This document shows positions 1 through 10,740 of a stretch of 64,000 nucleotides of DNA, piece after piece. The position numbers were made by a program, and so were the translations under genes. Position 1 is the first letter of the stretch. Every line of letters begins with the position of its first letter. Below the pieces are notes generated by a model. That model did not search any database, was not told the origin of the DNA, and saw only the letters and a program-made list of their open reading frames with translations. Location: assembly GCA_036867785.1 (NCBI GenBank), contig CP145412.1:124001-188000 (forward strand), given 5' to 3'. This DNA comes from Plasmodiophora brassicae (Eukaryota).

Positions 1-280
1 GGACCCGTCAGCAATCATCCAGCCGTGCACCAGACGTCAATCCTGGAACTGGCGGGAAGGCATCCCGGCCTGGCAGTGCTTATCACCTTTCGGGCCATAC
101 GGAACGATCGGACGTAGATGTCGGTAGCATGCGCGCCAGAATGAGGTCATATGCGAGGTCGGTCTCGCAACCTGGACGACTCCATCCCAAGTTTCTGACC
201 CCAACCCGGCCAGTTTGCGAATGACAGTCCGCGGTGCCGGGGCATCCACGTCGCCCCCGATGTAGAGAAGCTTAGGGGGT

Positions 281-1616
281 TTATTTGCGTTTCGCGCTTT
301 TCAGGCAGGCGCCTCGGTCTCGGGTCCCCCGGCCTGGCAGTGCCGGCCTACCACCTTGGTGCTGGGATCTAGTACAGTGACCCGCAATGTTCACCCATGT
401 ACGTATCGCGTGTCTGATCATCAAGGACCGCCCATGTACGATAAATCTAAAAGTTGTCCTACTCCCTGTTGGCAACAGAACGAGGCAAGTTGTATTGTTC
501 AAAGTTCTGGGAATGAACCGGCCGGTCACGCTGGTATTTGGCACGCAGACGTCCATGTTAGCTCGAACGGAAGTAGTACTGTTGATCAACTTCTTCAGCG
601 GTCAAACGGTGGTCATCGCGTAAGTGGATACGAAGGTCGTTCGCATTCATATGGGTCACGGGCAAACGGCAAATAGGGCACATCATCTCGACAGAAAGAG
701 CAGAAGGTTGCTGATTTAAGTCAGGAGTTTCAAAGACCAGTGGGTCCTGGCAGACAAGGTATTGAAAACTTGTGCCCATGGCAGTGACGGCCGGGCGCTG
801 CGAAATAGCACACCCTGGACACTCACTCAGGTGTCCCCGGAGACCGGCTTTCGATGCAAACACCATGTGGCACGACTGGCATTGATAACCGAGGCGGTTA
901 AGTTTAAGAGATTCGCAGCGCTTCTCGTGTCCTCTACGTTTTGCGGGATTGACGAGCATTATTTGACAATGCCGGCATTGGTTGCCATGGATCACTGCTG
1001 ACGGAGCGCACCCGGTGCCGCACTCTGGATTCGATGCCTGGTGCTGGCGAAATCCGTATCTGCTTCTGAATCCGTGTCTACAAGCTAGGCATTGTACGGC
1101 TAGGCGCCCTGCTTCGATGACCAATTTTGTGCCAGGGATTGGTTCACTCGCTATACAGCTGTGCGTCTCGTGTGACACGCGACTGTGGCGAGTGGAGAAT
1201 GTTGTCCCGCAATACTGGCACTGCAAAGAATTGACGTTTCCAGAAAGCGGGGACAACGAAGTTGCTTGATGGCCATTACCGAGATCCACCCTGTCGTCGC
1301 TGGGGCATAGGCCGAGCGTGCGGGCATCGGAAGGACCAGATTGGCCACACGGGCCATCCGCGCCAGGATGATCAGCGGCGTAGCTGAAGTTGGGGTCGGG
1401 GCGGGGGTCGTCCATGCGGGGAAAGGAAGACGCGGGTTGGTCCAATATGGCGGCACCACCTGCGCCAGCAAGATTATGGGCGTCGAACGCGTCGAAGTCG
1501 AAGAAGGTAACGGCCTCGGCCCAGGCGTCGTCGTCGTCGTGTTCGCAAGCGGCAACGAGGACGCCCGACCGGAACGTTAACAGCAGCGCACACAGCGACA
1601 ATTTCAGGAGGACCAT
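281..1616 (-). CDS. Putative secreted multi-C2H2 zinc-finger protein (spliced; 3' end uncertain, may continue toward the window start)
   Basis: ATG at 1616 opens a hydrophobic signal-like peptide (MVLLKLSLCALLLTFRSGVLVAA). Then an acidic/low-complexity region and about five C2H2/C2HC-like fingers (CQYCGTTFSTRHSRVSHETH, CLACRHGFRSRYGFRQH, CRHCQIML..H, CQSCHMVFASKAGLRGH, CPICRL..HLRDDH). A ~50-nt intron (GTACTAC..GCTAAC..TACCAG, ~579-531) joins it in frame to ORF 281..589. Confidence 0.65.
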
Positions 1617-1650
1617 GGCTGAACTCGGCAATTGCGCGTAGAGATGGCAG

Positions 1651-1781
1651 CGGGTCGACCCGACCCGAGTCGACCCGGGTCGACCCGACCCGACCCGATC
1701 ACCCGTTGGGGTTCCCAGTCGACCCGGGTCAGACCCGCCGCGCCCGCCCATGACCCGGGTCGACCCGGGTCGACCCGGGTC
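1651..1781. repeat. Palindromic decamer (GACCCGGGTC) repeat cluster, left
   Basis: Three perfect tandem GACCCGGGTC at 1752-1781 plus GGGTCGACCCGACCCG variants. Confidence 0.9.
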
Positions 1782-2423
1782 CTGGACCTGCAGATGGTAT
1801 AGCGGACTTGGGGGTGGCAGACACTGATCTCGACTCTCGGCCCTCGGGTGCCGGGACTTGCTGATGGCCGGCCCGCCGTCCCTGGCCGCAGATTGAGCTT
1901 CGAGCACCTTCATGTTGTGTTAACGTACACTCGTCGTCGAGTTTACTTGGCACTAGAGTATTCGCAAGAATGCCAAGATTGCAAGTCACTCAGTCGCAGA
2001 CGGCGCCACTGCAAATTCCGAATCTTCATCGTTGGATGCGACGACAGCGATAAACAGCCTGCGAACTTTGCTAAAGTCGAAGGAAAAGCACTCAGACCAC
2101 CTAGAGAAGTGAATCTTCCAGCGAGTCCTTCGAGAACGAACTGCAGCGGTGGTTCTCCCACCGGAAATGTCAGGAGAGCAAAGCTCCCGTGACGTTCGCA
2201 CGTGGTTCAAGGTTAGTTAGCAACTGTTTCCACGGGTCGCGATGAGGGCACGTGACTTCATGGGCTTCAACCTCGGTTACGCCGCACGCGCCTGTGCGAC
2301 CGGCCAGCGGACCAGCAGCGAGTGCCATATGCGAATTACAGTCCTTCAGACGTCGTATTCTATTAAACCGTCGACCGTCATGTCTTATGGAGGTGTTTCC
2401 CGGCCAGTGGCTTGACATTCATT

Positions 2424-2508
2424 CCGACCCGGGTCGACCCGGGTCTGACCCGGGTCTGACCCGGGTCCGACCCGTTGGCCTCAGGACTCGACCCGGGTCA
2501 GACCCGAC
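2424..2508. repeat. Palindromic decamer (GACCCGGGTC) repeat cluster, right
   Basis: GACCCGGGTC GACCCGGGTC T GACCCGGGTC T GACCCGGGTC C GACCCG.. and a further GACCCGGGTCAGACCCG. Confidence 0.9.
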
Positions 2509-2682
2509 TCGGCTGTTCACCGACGTCGAGTGGTACAGTGCTGGAGCGGTTTGACACGACGATTTCTGGGTTCGACGGGCGACAAGCGCAACAACGGGTT
2601 AGAAATTGTCGGTCTAGTCGCGAACGTGACATTGAGATGGACAAGATCGTCTCAGCGGTTGCGTACGTCGAGTCCTCCTGGC

Positions 2683-2815
2683 CAGATCTTGCAATCGCAT
2701 CGCATTTCGTAGCTGGCACTGGGCGCCCACGCGTATTGTGTCCAGTCGACGAAGTACCACACCCGTATCTGCAGGTCCAGGCCTCGAAGCGCCCGCATGC
2801 CAGCTACTCTGCGGG
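2683..2815 (-). pseudogene. Decayed fragment of the Sfi1-like gene 3' end (copy A)
   Basis: Reverse strand aligns by eye with ~23825-23957: GCATGCGGGCGC..CTGGACCTGC..TGGTACTTCG..GCGCCCAGTGCCAGCTACG..CGATTGCAAGATCTG. Confidence 0.75.
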
Positions 2816-3064
2816 ACGCCAGCAGTACGCGTTGGCGTCGCATTCGTCGCCGAACATGCATGCTTCCGACCAGTAGATCGAAGCTACCTAGCTACCGTCA
2901 CCAGCGAATTCCCTGACAGCTCTGTAATTAACTGCCCTGAAAGCCGGTGCACGAAGATGTTTCGAGTACAACGCCAGTTGGCGTAGAGAGGCGCAAATCG
3001 ACTTGCATCATCAGGACCATGGACTGGTGGTCGAGCGTTTCACTGCAAGTGGCTGTCGGTGCCG

Positions 3065-3495
3065 TGTCCGCCCGACGGATGTCGTCCTCATCAGGTACCA
3101 GGTGCATCGCACGGCGCAACACATGAGTGACCATTCGTTTGCGATTGACAAATGGGTTCCTGCCCCTGTCCAGCTCATTTCCAGACATAGGCTCTACCGT
3201 GTGCCACTGTGTGCCTTGGCACATTTCCCACCAGGCGCGTCGGTTCGGAAAGCGTTCACCGTCGAACCACGACGATAATGCCATCAGCGCAACGAGGCGT
3301 GTGTGGCAGGACGTCCTCTTGCTGTCGTGGCGTCAGCGGCACTTGGCGAAAACAGTACGTGTTCTGCACGCATCGAACGGTCTTCGCCGAAAATCTGATA
3401 CCTCGCTGGTTCAGACAATTCATGATCGCGCCATGATATGCACGAGACGATGTCGAGCGTGCTGCGGCGCGCCATCATCGCCTGAACTTGCAGTG
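3065..3495 (+). pseudogene. Decayed fragment of the Sfi1-like gene 3' region (copy B, retains intron)
   Basis: Aligns with ~23360-23780, including the intron start GTGACCATTCGTTTG, GTGTGGCAGGACG and CGCTGGTTCAGACAATTC. Frameshifted. Confidence 0.85.
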
Positions 3496-3811
3496 TCGCC
3501 CCTGCGGCGCTGAAGAACGTCAACGTCCGAAGAAAGGGTACACACCGATTCCGACTGAGCGTACGTTACGCCTACCCAGCTGGGAAAGCGTTCAACGAGG
3601 CTTCCTGTGTACGTCTCTCCATCCAAACTAACCTGCACCATTTGCGTTCGGCAATGCTAAAGGCCTCAGATTGTTGCCTACAGCGAGGAGTCATTTGGTA
3701 ACCAATCCACGATCGATGTCTATAGAGAAGGCGTGTGATCTGCTGGTATACAAGCAGTATTCTAGTGAGCCTTATGGCTCGCTAATGGTTTACCATTTGC
3801 ACCCGCCCCTT

Positions 3812-4018
3812 ATCAGTCCAGGAATATTGTCCTTCGTGACGTCCATCGTGTACACCGCGTCGGGTGGACGTACAGGCGCCCGTCGCTGGACATGTCTCTG
3901 CGCACCTTCAGGCTCAGCTCCTGCAATCGGATCGGCGCGTGCCTACTGCATTTAGAAGTCAAAGCACCATGGCCATAGCCGCTGGCACAGACGTTGACGC
4001 GCCCGCGCGCCAACGTAT
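3812..4018 (-). pseudogene. Decayed fragment of the Sfi1-like gene 3' end (copy C)
   Basis: Translates IRLQELSLKVRRDMSSDGRLYV versus IRLQELSLMVRKDVFSAWRLYV at ~23940-24005. Similarity spans ~23838-24055. Confidence 0.85.
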
Positions 4019-4221
4019 ATTTCCCGTGTACAGAACGTAGGCAGTGCAACACCTCTCGTGTGATACGGCTGAAATTACCCCACGATACTTCATTCAGAAA
4101 GGTGGCGACGCCCGAACTGACATTGGCGCACGCCACACCAGATTCGGTCGACATTCTGAGCTCGTCTTGGCGCACAACGGTGAATAGAGTTTGACACGCT
4201 ACAGGTGGCGCTGGCAACCCT

Positions 4222-5564
4222 CTAGGGCTGAGGAGACGATGAGGCCGGGACCCAGGGCGCCGGTAGGCGCTTTGCAGCAAGGGCGCCCCAGTCCATTTGA
4301 CTGAACATCCGGTGCCGTCGAATGTCGTCGGCCCCGAACCGCTTCTTCGGCGATTTCTGCAGAAGACCTCGCAGCAGGCTGGCGGCCGTCGACGACACCG
4401 TTATTGGAATGTCGACCTGTGTCCTTGGATCCGCCATGCGCTTGGCGAAGTCCTCGGCGGATTCCGTCTTCGCGTCGAAGACAAACGGCGCCCTGCCGAC
4501 CAGCATCTCGTAGAGCAGAACGCCGAGCGACCAGTACTCGGACGGGTACCCGTACCCACCCCCGAATTCCTCCTGGATCTCATCGCACAGCGCCTCCGGC
4601 GCCAGGCACTGCATCGTCCCACACTTCATGGCGCATAGCGCACCCGGTGCGAGTCTGGTCGCACAGCCGAAATCCACGAGGCGGATGTACCCCTGTTAAT
4701 ACGTGGGCGCGTCAGTACCACGTGTTCTGCGTGCACTCGGCGCCGTGCGTAACGAACCTTCGCGTCCAGGACAATGTTCTCCGATTTGATGTCGCGGTAG
4801 ATGATGGATTTCTTCGTGTGCAGGTAGTCCAGGGCGAGCACGAGCTGCCCGATGTAGAACACGGCGTCCTGCTCCGGCATGGGCGCTCGACCGCGCTCGT
4901 ACATCAGCGTCCACAGGTCCTGACCAGGCACTGAACATTCTAATCAGCGCTCCCGGTGTTGACCTGAAACGGTGCCCGTACCGTATTCCATGCCGAGAAA
5001 CATGGACCGCGGGCCGCTGAACACGTATCGAAGCTCGACAATGAACGGGTGCGATACGTCCTCCATCAACGTCGCCTCCTGCAGCACCATTCGACGAAGT
5101 CGGTTCAGTCGTCCAGGGACGGCTTCGATCTCCTTCCTGTTTGGGCTGTTCGTGTCGGATGACACACATCGATGGAGGCGGACGTACAATGCAACGAAGG
5201 TGTACGTGGCCCTGTGTCTCGCAAGGTACACCTTGCCGAATGACCCACTACCAATCAGGCGAATTCTTCGGAAATCCGCCAGGGTGCAACCCAGGTCCAG
5301 CGGGTGACGACGTTGTTCCGCTGAAGGTTTAGTGGTCTGGGTTGGTGTCGCAACGGGTGCCACCTGGGGAATGGGACCCTTCGCAGGCGGCGGTGATTTC
5401 GAGGATCGCTTGCGAAGCCAGTCTTTGAGCCTAGCGCCGAGGCCGGGTTTACGAGCGGCGACGTTTCTTCGGCGTGCGTCGTCCTCCAGACGGTCGTATC
5501 CGGGTAGAATTCGTGCCTACGTTGGGTCAGCGCCGGTTCGTGATGGTGACGCGACGCCTACCAT
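4222..5564 (-). CDS. AGC-family (PKA/PKG/RSK-like) Ser/Thr protein kinase, multi-exon
   Basis: GSGSFGKV, VAL|K, HPFIVEL, YRDIKSEN, DFG, CGT..LAPE, YWSLGVLLYEMLVGRAPF and AGC tail PAPWVP, spread over ORFs 4944..5363, 4626..4931 and 4222..4677. ATG at 5564 is directly followed by a GT-AG intron. Confidence 0.9.
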
Positions 5565-5945
5565 GGCGGCGGATGGCGCCAGGCGAGGATCCGTCTGTGC
5601 TCGTCGCCTCTGCCTGACCGTGTAGCATAGCTGACGATTCACCCACTGGGCCACAATATCTTCCTCCAACTGAATCAGTCACAGAGGCCAGCCCGCAGTT
5701 GGCATCCAGTCGACAATGGTACGATCAGATCGGCAAGCCTCCACAGCTCTCGATCAGCGGCATTTGAATCTGGCAAATCGTACAGGAACTATCTGAACGC
5801 CGATACGGCGAAGAGGTCGATATAATGTTAGCGAGGCACGCAACCCGATCCTGTATTCACAAGGGTGAACGCATGGATGGCAGTGCCGACCCTACGGATG
5901 GATAGCCGCCCGCAACTGGCTGATGCGGAACAACGTCTGTCTTCG

Positions 5946-5969
5946 CGGACACCGTGGCGGACTCCGTGA
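5946..5969 (+). promoter_or_regulatory. Tandem 12-bp-periodic CGGACWCCG motif upstream of RIT1
   Basis: CGGACACCGTGG CGGACTCCGTGA; the same pattern occurs upstream of IMP4, DDX21 and RPS14. Confidence 0.45.
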
Positions 5970-6039
5970 CAGGCCCAACATTGGTCACACCGGTCACGCC
6001 GCCGTAGCATGACTTAGGTCGACGCTACTGTAAGGGGCG

Positions 6040-7581
6040 ATGGGCATCATGTCTGATGTGCGGCGTGTGCGCCGTCAGCAGCATTCCCTGCTGAACCGGT
6101 TGCGATCCTGTGCGTCCGACGCCGATTTCGTGTCGGAATTTCACGCGGGGCACCTCAGTGGCCTGACGGTGTTCGCCAACCTGCGCCAGGGGCAATGGTA
6201 CACGCCGCCAGATGCGATGACATGTCACTTCAAATCCAGCGATGGGCACTGTGGTGCATGGAAGTTCAACCCACGTCGGGTTAACGTGCACCTTGTCGCC
6301 GAAGCTATTCGCGGAGGCGGGCTGATCATCGTGGACTCTACACGGAAAGGCAAACGCGTCCCTGACAGCTTCTCGAGAACAATTCCCATCTGGGCGACTG
6401 TTCTGAATCGCATCGCGCAACGGTACATTGCATATCTTTGTCGTTTGCTAGTTTGGACGTCCTTAACGAGTCGCGTAGGCGGACTGGCCGGGAATTCGAT
6501 ACTGGCCTGCATATGCACGGCTCTGTTTCTGAACGGGAGAAGGTCCTGGTCGAGGATCACATTGAGGAGTTCATATCTGTGGTCGTCAACAGCTGCTGCG
6601 ACCTGTCGGTTCTCGACCTGCTCACACGGCCGCTTCGTTGCATTTGGGTCGACCGATCTTCTGTATGGACAGATGTTCAGCATCGCGCGTTCAGCGAACG
6701 TTACCTGGCCGTTATCTGTGTCCGTACGTCAATTCCTGATCCGTGCAACTGAGCTGAGTGTCACGTGCTCATAGCTGACAACAAGTTTCTGCGAGAGTGA
6801 GGTGGCCCAACATGATCGTCAAGGTTGGCATTATATCCAAGGTGTGGTCTCGCCATAATGAGCCTTTGCTTGCTCAGTAACGTTGAACAGGTGCGGGGGA
6901 TGACCACGAGAACTGGTCAGGCAAGCTGACACCTTCCACGTTTGCGCGTCATCGTGGCTGGATCCTGTCCGCCGATTCCGATGAAGAATGCTTGCGACGG
7001 ATTGATGCTCTTGCCACTGAGGGCAATGGTCGTTCACTTGCCGGTACCAGCCTGGTGTCGATCGGTTCGACCGAGATCACCATTCGTCTCCATGTCGCGT
7101 TGTCGGTATTACCCACCGACGGCGCGACGGTGTTCATCTCAACGGGTGCTCTTTCGGATCCAGACGTCAGGTAATCGGCTAGCAACAAACCAAAGCTGGT
7201 CGTTGCTGAAGCGGTTGACATGGCAGACCGGACGTGTACGCTGTACACGTTTCTGACGTGAAAGGACGCCGCCCGTCCCTTGAGACTGCCCTGGGTGGCA
7301 TTCTGGACTTTTGCCTGCAATGGCCGACCGTTACCATCGCGTCTGATCGTGATGCTGTCCTCCCTGGGTGCGTTGCTGTTGCTATCCTGTCCCGTTACTT
7401 CACCGGGCTGGGTGACGAACTAAAGCGCGGCGCTCGTGGCGATGGTCCAGCACTCTCCAAGGAGCGCATCCGGCGTCATATCGAGTACGTGCAGAGGTTC
7501 ATTCCCGGGTGGAACCCGCCTCGATTCCTCGTCCAGCAACTGAATCGATTCTTCCTCGGGGATCCTGCTTTTCGTCACTGA
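6040..7581 (+). CDS. RIT1: tRNA A64-2'-O-ribosylphosphate transferase (initiator tRNA modification), multi-exon
   Basis: ANLRQGQWY..HFKSSDGH..W.FNPRRVN.H..GG.IIVDSTRKGKRVPDSFSRTIPIW is the Rit1 signature. C-terminal DUSP-like part ends NPPRFLVQQLNRFF. Start is ATG 6040 or 6049. Confidence 0.9.
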
Positions 7582-8108
7582 CAAGAGGACAGCGTTCCTC
7601 CCATCGGCATATTCGTCACACGTTGTGTCATCGTGACGGGCGCCTTGCGTCAGAAGCTTCCGGATACATGGCGACGAACAGAATCGCTGCAGACGCCCCT
7701 ATCGTCTTCACGAACTCCCTCCCCAACGGCGGACCGATTTGCTCTCTACACCCATGAAGAATTTCGCCAGAACTATTAGTAGATATATCGATGGCCATGC
7801 AACAGTTCTGTGTAGGATGTTGGCAAGTACGGAGAGTGCATAGAACGGGACGGAACGAAATGTGGTCGCGAATGACTTGTCGAGACGGCGTTGTAGCAGA
7901 AACCTGTCAGGTTGAAGGCAATACGCGGCGCTAACGACGGTTCAGTCGCTTCGGCACCCTAAATATGATTCAGGGAAGTTCGTCAAAGGTCAACTCTGCG
8001 GCCAGTCCTTTGGCTGATCAATGTAACGTCCTTTGCATGTCATCATCCGTCACTGAACGTCGATATAAAGTATCCACATGGCCAGAAAACAGTCATTTAC
8101 AAAGACGA

Positions 8109-8520
8109 TCAGCTGCTGGGAACGTAATCCGGGAAACAGTCCTCGAATCTGAGCTTGCCGTGCTTGTTCTGCTGGTGAATCTGCAAATCGCCCAGTTTGG
8201 TCGTGCACATGAAGACTTGGAGGCAGATCTATAAACAGTGTGACGCATCTCTAACTGGTGGATGCATAATTCGTTGGACCTTGCATTTGATGTTCATCAT
8301 CTTGGCCTTGTCTGCGAGCTGGCTGGAGCCACCCTTCTTGGCTTTTGCCTAACGATACGTCGTGAGAACGTGAACGAGCGGAACCATGCAACCCCATCAT
8401 ACAGCTTTTTCCTGGTTCCTTTGCCTCGACATCATTGTCTTGTTCGCATCTACACGGTCATGCCCAATGAGATTCACCGATTAGGGCGTCGCCACAGGAC
8501 GTCTTACTTCCACCACCCAT
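8109..8520 (-). CDS. Small At2g23090/ZNF706-like zinc-binding protein, 4 exons (absent from the ORF track)
   Basis: Splicing three GT-AG introns gives MGGGNANKTMMSRQRNQEKAAKAKKGGSSQLADKAKMMNIKCKICLQVFMCTTKLGDLQIHQQNKHGKLRFEDCFPDYVPSS*, with the family MGGGN start and C..C..F..H...KH..CFP pattern. Confidence 0.88.
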
Positions 8521-8594
8521 GGCGTCAATCGTAGGGCGCGGTTTGTCGCACTCGAGATCGCCACCGTTACGTCCGGAAGGATTGCCAGTTGCCA

Positions 8595-8618
8595 CGGAGT
8601 CCGCCGCGGAGTCCGTGA
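8595..8618 (+). promoter_or_regulatory. Tandem CGGAGTCCG motif in the ~133-bp bidirectional promoter of the ZNF706-like gene and IMP4
   Basis: CGGAGTCCGCCG CGGAGTCCGTGA, 12-bp period. Confidence 0.45.
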
Positions 8619-8653
8619 CGTCGTCGCGTCAGATCCTGGACGTCATCAGCACC

Positions 8654-9581
8654 ATGATTCGCCGGAATGCACGCCTGCGCCGCGAATATATGTACAGGAA
8701 GAGCCTCGAAGGCAAGGAGCGTGCTCTATACGAGAGGAAGAAGCAGGTCAGGAAAGCGCTAGAGGAGGGCACACGCATTCCTACGGAACTGCGCGGCGAG
8801 GAGGCCGACCTTCGTGCCGATCTGCAATTCGACGACGCTCTCACGGAAGGTTGTTGTCTCTTGCTGGATCAACACGTGCTCATCTGCTTATCAATTTGTT
8901 GTAGCCCCTGCGTCGAGTATTGATGACGAATACCGTCACGCGGGAATTCGTGACCCGAAGGTTCTCGTGACGACGTCGCGGAACCCTTCGTCTCGGTTAA
9001 CGCAATTCGCCAGCGAGATGCGATTAATGTTCCCGAACGCGCAGCGTATCAATCGTGGTGCCACGGTCGTAAAAGAGCTGGTTGACGCGTGTCGCTCTAA
9101 TGATGTCACCGACCTGGTGATCGTCCACGAGCATCGCGGTGAGCCGGATGGCCTAATCATATCGCATATGCCGTATGGGCCAACGGCCTACTTCAACATG
9201 ACCGGATGCGTCCTGCGACACGACATCAAGGACGCGAACCTGGGCACCATGTCAGAGGCGTATCCTCACCTGATCTTCGACCGGTTCGACACGCCGCTCG
9301 GCAAGCGTGTGCAGACCATCTTGAAGTACCTGTTCCCTGTACCCAAGCCGGACACCAAACGTGTCCTGTCGTTCGTCAACCGGAACGATTTCATTTCATT
9401 CCGACACCATGTCTACGAACGCCCACACGGCAAGGACGTCGAACTCAGGGAGGTTGGCCCCAGGTTCGAGCTACGCCTCTACCAGATCAAACTCGGAACG
9501 GTCGATATGAAAGAGGCCGAAGACGAATGGGTTCTGCGCCCGTACATGACCACCGCACACAAACGCAAAGCAATTGGATAG
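8654..9581 (+). CDS. IMP4: U3 snoRNP protein Imp4 (Brix domain), one intron at ~8850-8904
   Basis: MIRRNARLRREYMYRKS; DDEY..AG..DPKVLVTTSRNPSSRL; HEHRGEPDGL; ELREVGPRFELRLYQIKLGT. Confidence 0.96.
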
Positions 9582-9627
9582 TCTGCCGAATACACATCTC
9601 ACATCTGCGTAATTGTACATTCGTCTA

Positions 9628-10305
9628 TCAGTGGCGACGCAGGTGGAACACGTCGTTAGCGAGCTTGTTCGAGCATGCAGCGATCATGCAACGCCAGTTC
9701 AGGTCGTACGGGACGTCATCGTGAAGGTCACAAACGGCACCGTCTGCTTCAGTGATGATGAGAGCCGATGCCGCTTGATCCCAGGCACAGAGTCCATCCT
9801 CGAAATACACGCCAGAGAAGCCATTGGCGACTTGGACCAAGTTCATCGTCCCGATTTCTTCAGATCAGAGACGCGCGAAACTCGTAAGGGCGTTGGATTG
9901 CCCTGGCCGAATTGGACAAAGGCGCCTTGGCCTTTGACTGCCCAAACGAGTTTGTCCTGTGCAGGAGTGGCGACAACGATAAGCAATGGAACGCCGTCTT
10001 CGACCAACCCGACGCTGACGCCGAAATCGACAGGCCGTGCATGAAGTTCGTCATACTGTCGATGGCATCCACAACCTAAACGCGTCCAACGCGGCACTTC
10101 ATCGTAATCGGTCGAGGCAATCGGGACGGCTTTCTCCAACTAGCGAGTCATCCGGGTAATGATTCTGGGTGACATCGCGTATGGCATTCTCGTTCAGCAA
10201 GTCCCATTCGGTGGCGAGGTTATCCGATGCGGCCAGCTTCAGCTTCACATCTTGGACGTGTCGGCACCCTTGCAAGACAGTGTCACTTGCCACGCGAAAC
10301 GGCAC
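9628..10305 (-). pseudogene. Inositol monophosphatase family pseudogene
   Basis: HYPDDSLVGES, DAIDSMTNFMHG (canonical DPIDGTTNF), a 1-nt frameshift before FGVSVGL, AVKGQGAF, then a stop/frame change with the central segment apparently missing, then AWDQAAS (WD.AAG). Confidence 0.75.
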
Positions 10306-10740
10306 TGATGGCGACAGTCAGCCGATCATCAAGATCGTCCGCAATTGTTTGTGGCCACGAAACAATACTGATAACGGAGAAGGCGGCAATCGCCCTACCG
10401 GTATTGGACAAGGGCCCCATCACAAAATGGTTGACCAAGAGACTCGCTATGGCCACTGGTCACCCGGTGACTCGCAATATGGCAATGCGAAACAAACTAC
10501 GGGTCGTGATCGCGCCCTCCAAATAGGAGACAGCGCGGCGGCACACGGCTATAACCGGGCACGTAGCAAGCATGGGATAACAGCCGAGCTCGCAACCTCG
10601 CACATACCTGTACCGTCGTCCGTCCTGACACCACCGGCTGCCAAACGAACATCGCTTGATGCTGTTTTTAGATTACGAACAGCTGGCAGGACCACAAACT
10701 CCGCTGATCACTGGTGGCGCAACGTCGTCATTACGCCCAG

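Larger units (their letters stand above)
1639..2515 (+). mobile_element. Degenerate hAT-family DNA transposon (internal-deletion derivative)
   Basis: Left end TAGAGATGGCAGCGGGTCG resembles hAT termini. Subterminal GACCCGGGTC/ACCCG repeat clusters at ~1651-1781 and ~2424-2508. Internal 2129-2347 reads, across a stop and frameshifts, FENELQRWF..DVRTWFKVS*QLFPRVAMRARDFMG..ASTSV..AICELQSF, matching the hAT C-terminal dimerisation motif (D.L.WW.....FP.LA.MARD.L..PATSV). No clean right TIR or TSD seen. Confidence 0.7.

Noticed and set aside
1617-1913. N-terminal extension of the 451-aa ORF 558..1913
   Set aside because: It is the translated transposon repeat (PGSTRV); the ATG at 1616 precedes the signal peptide.
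1651-2508. Palindromic repeats as a CRISPR array
   Set aside because: Decamer units without regular unique spacers, no cas genes, eukaryotic context; explained as transposon subterminal repeats.
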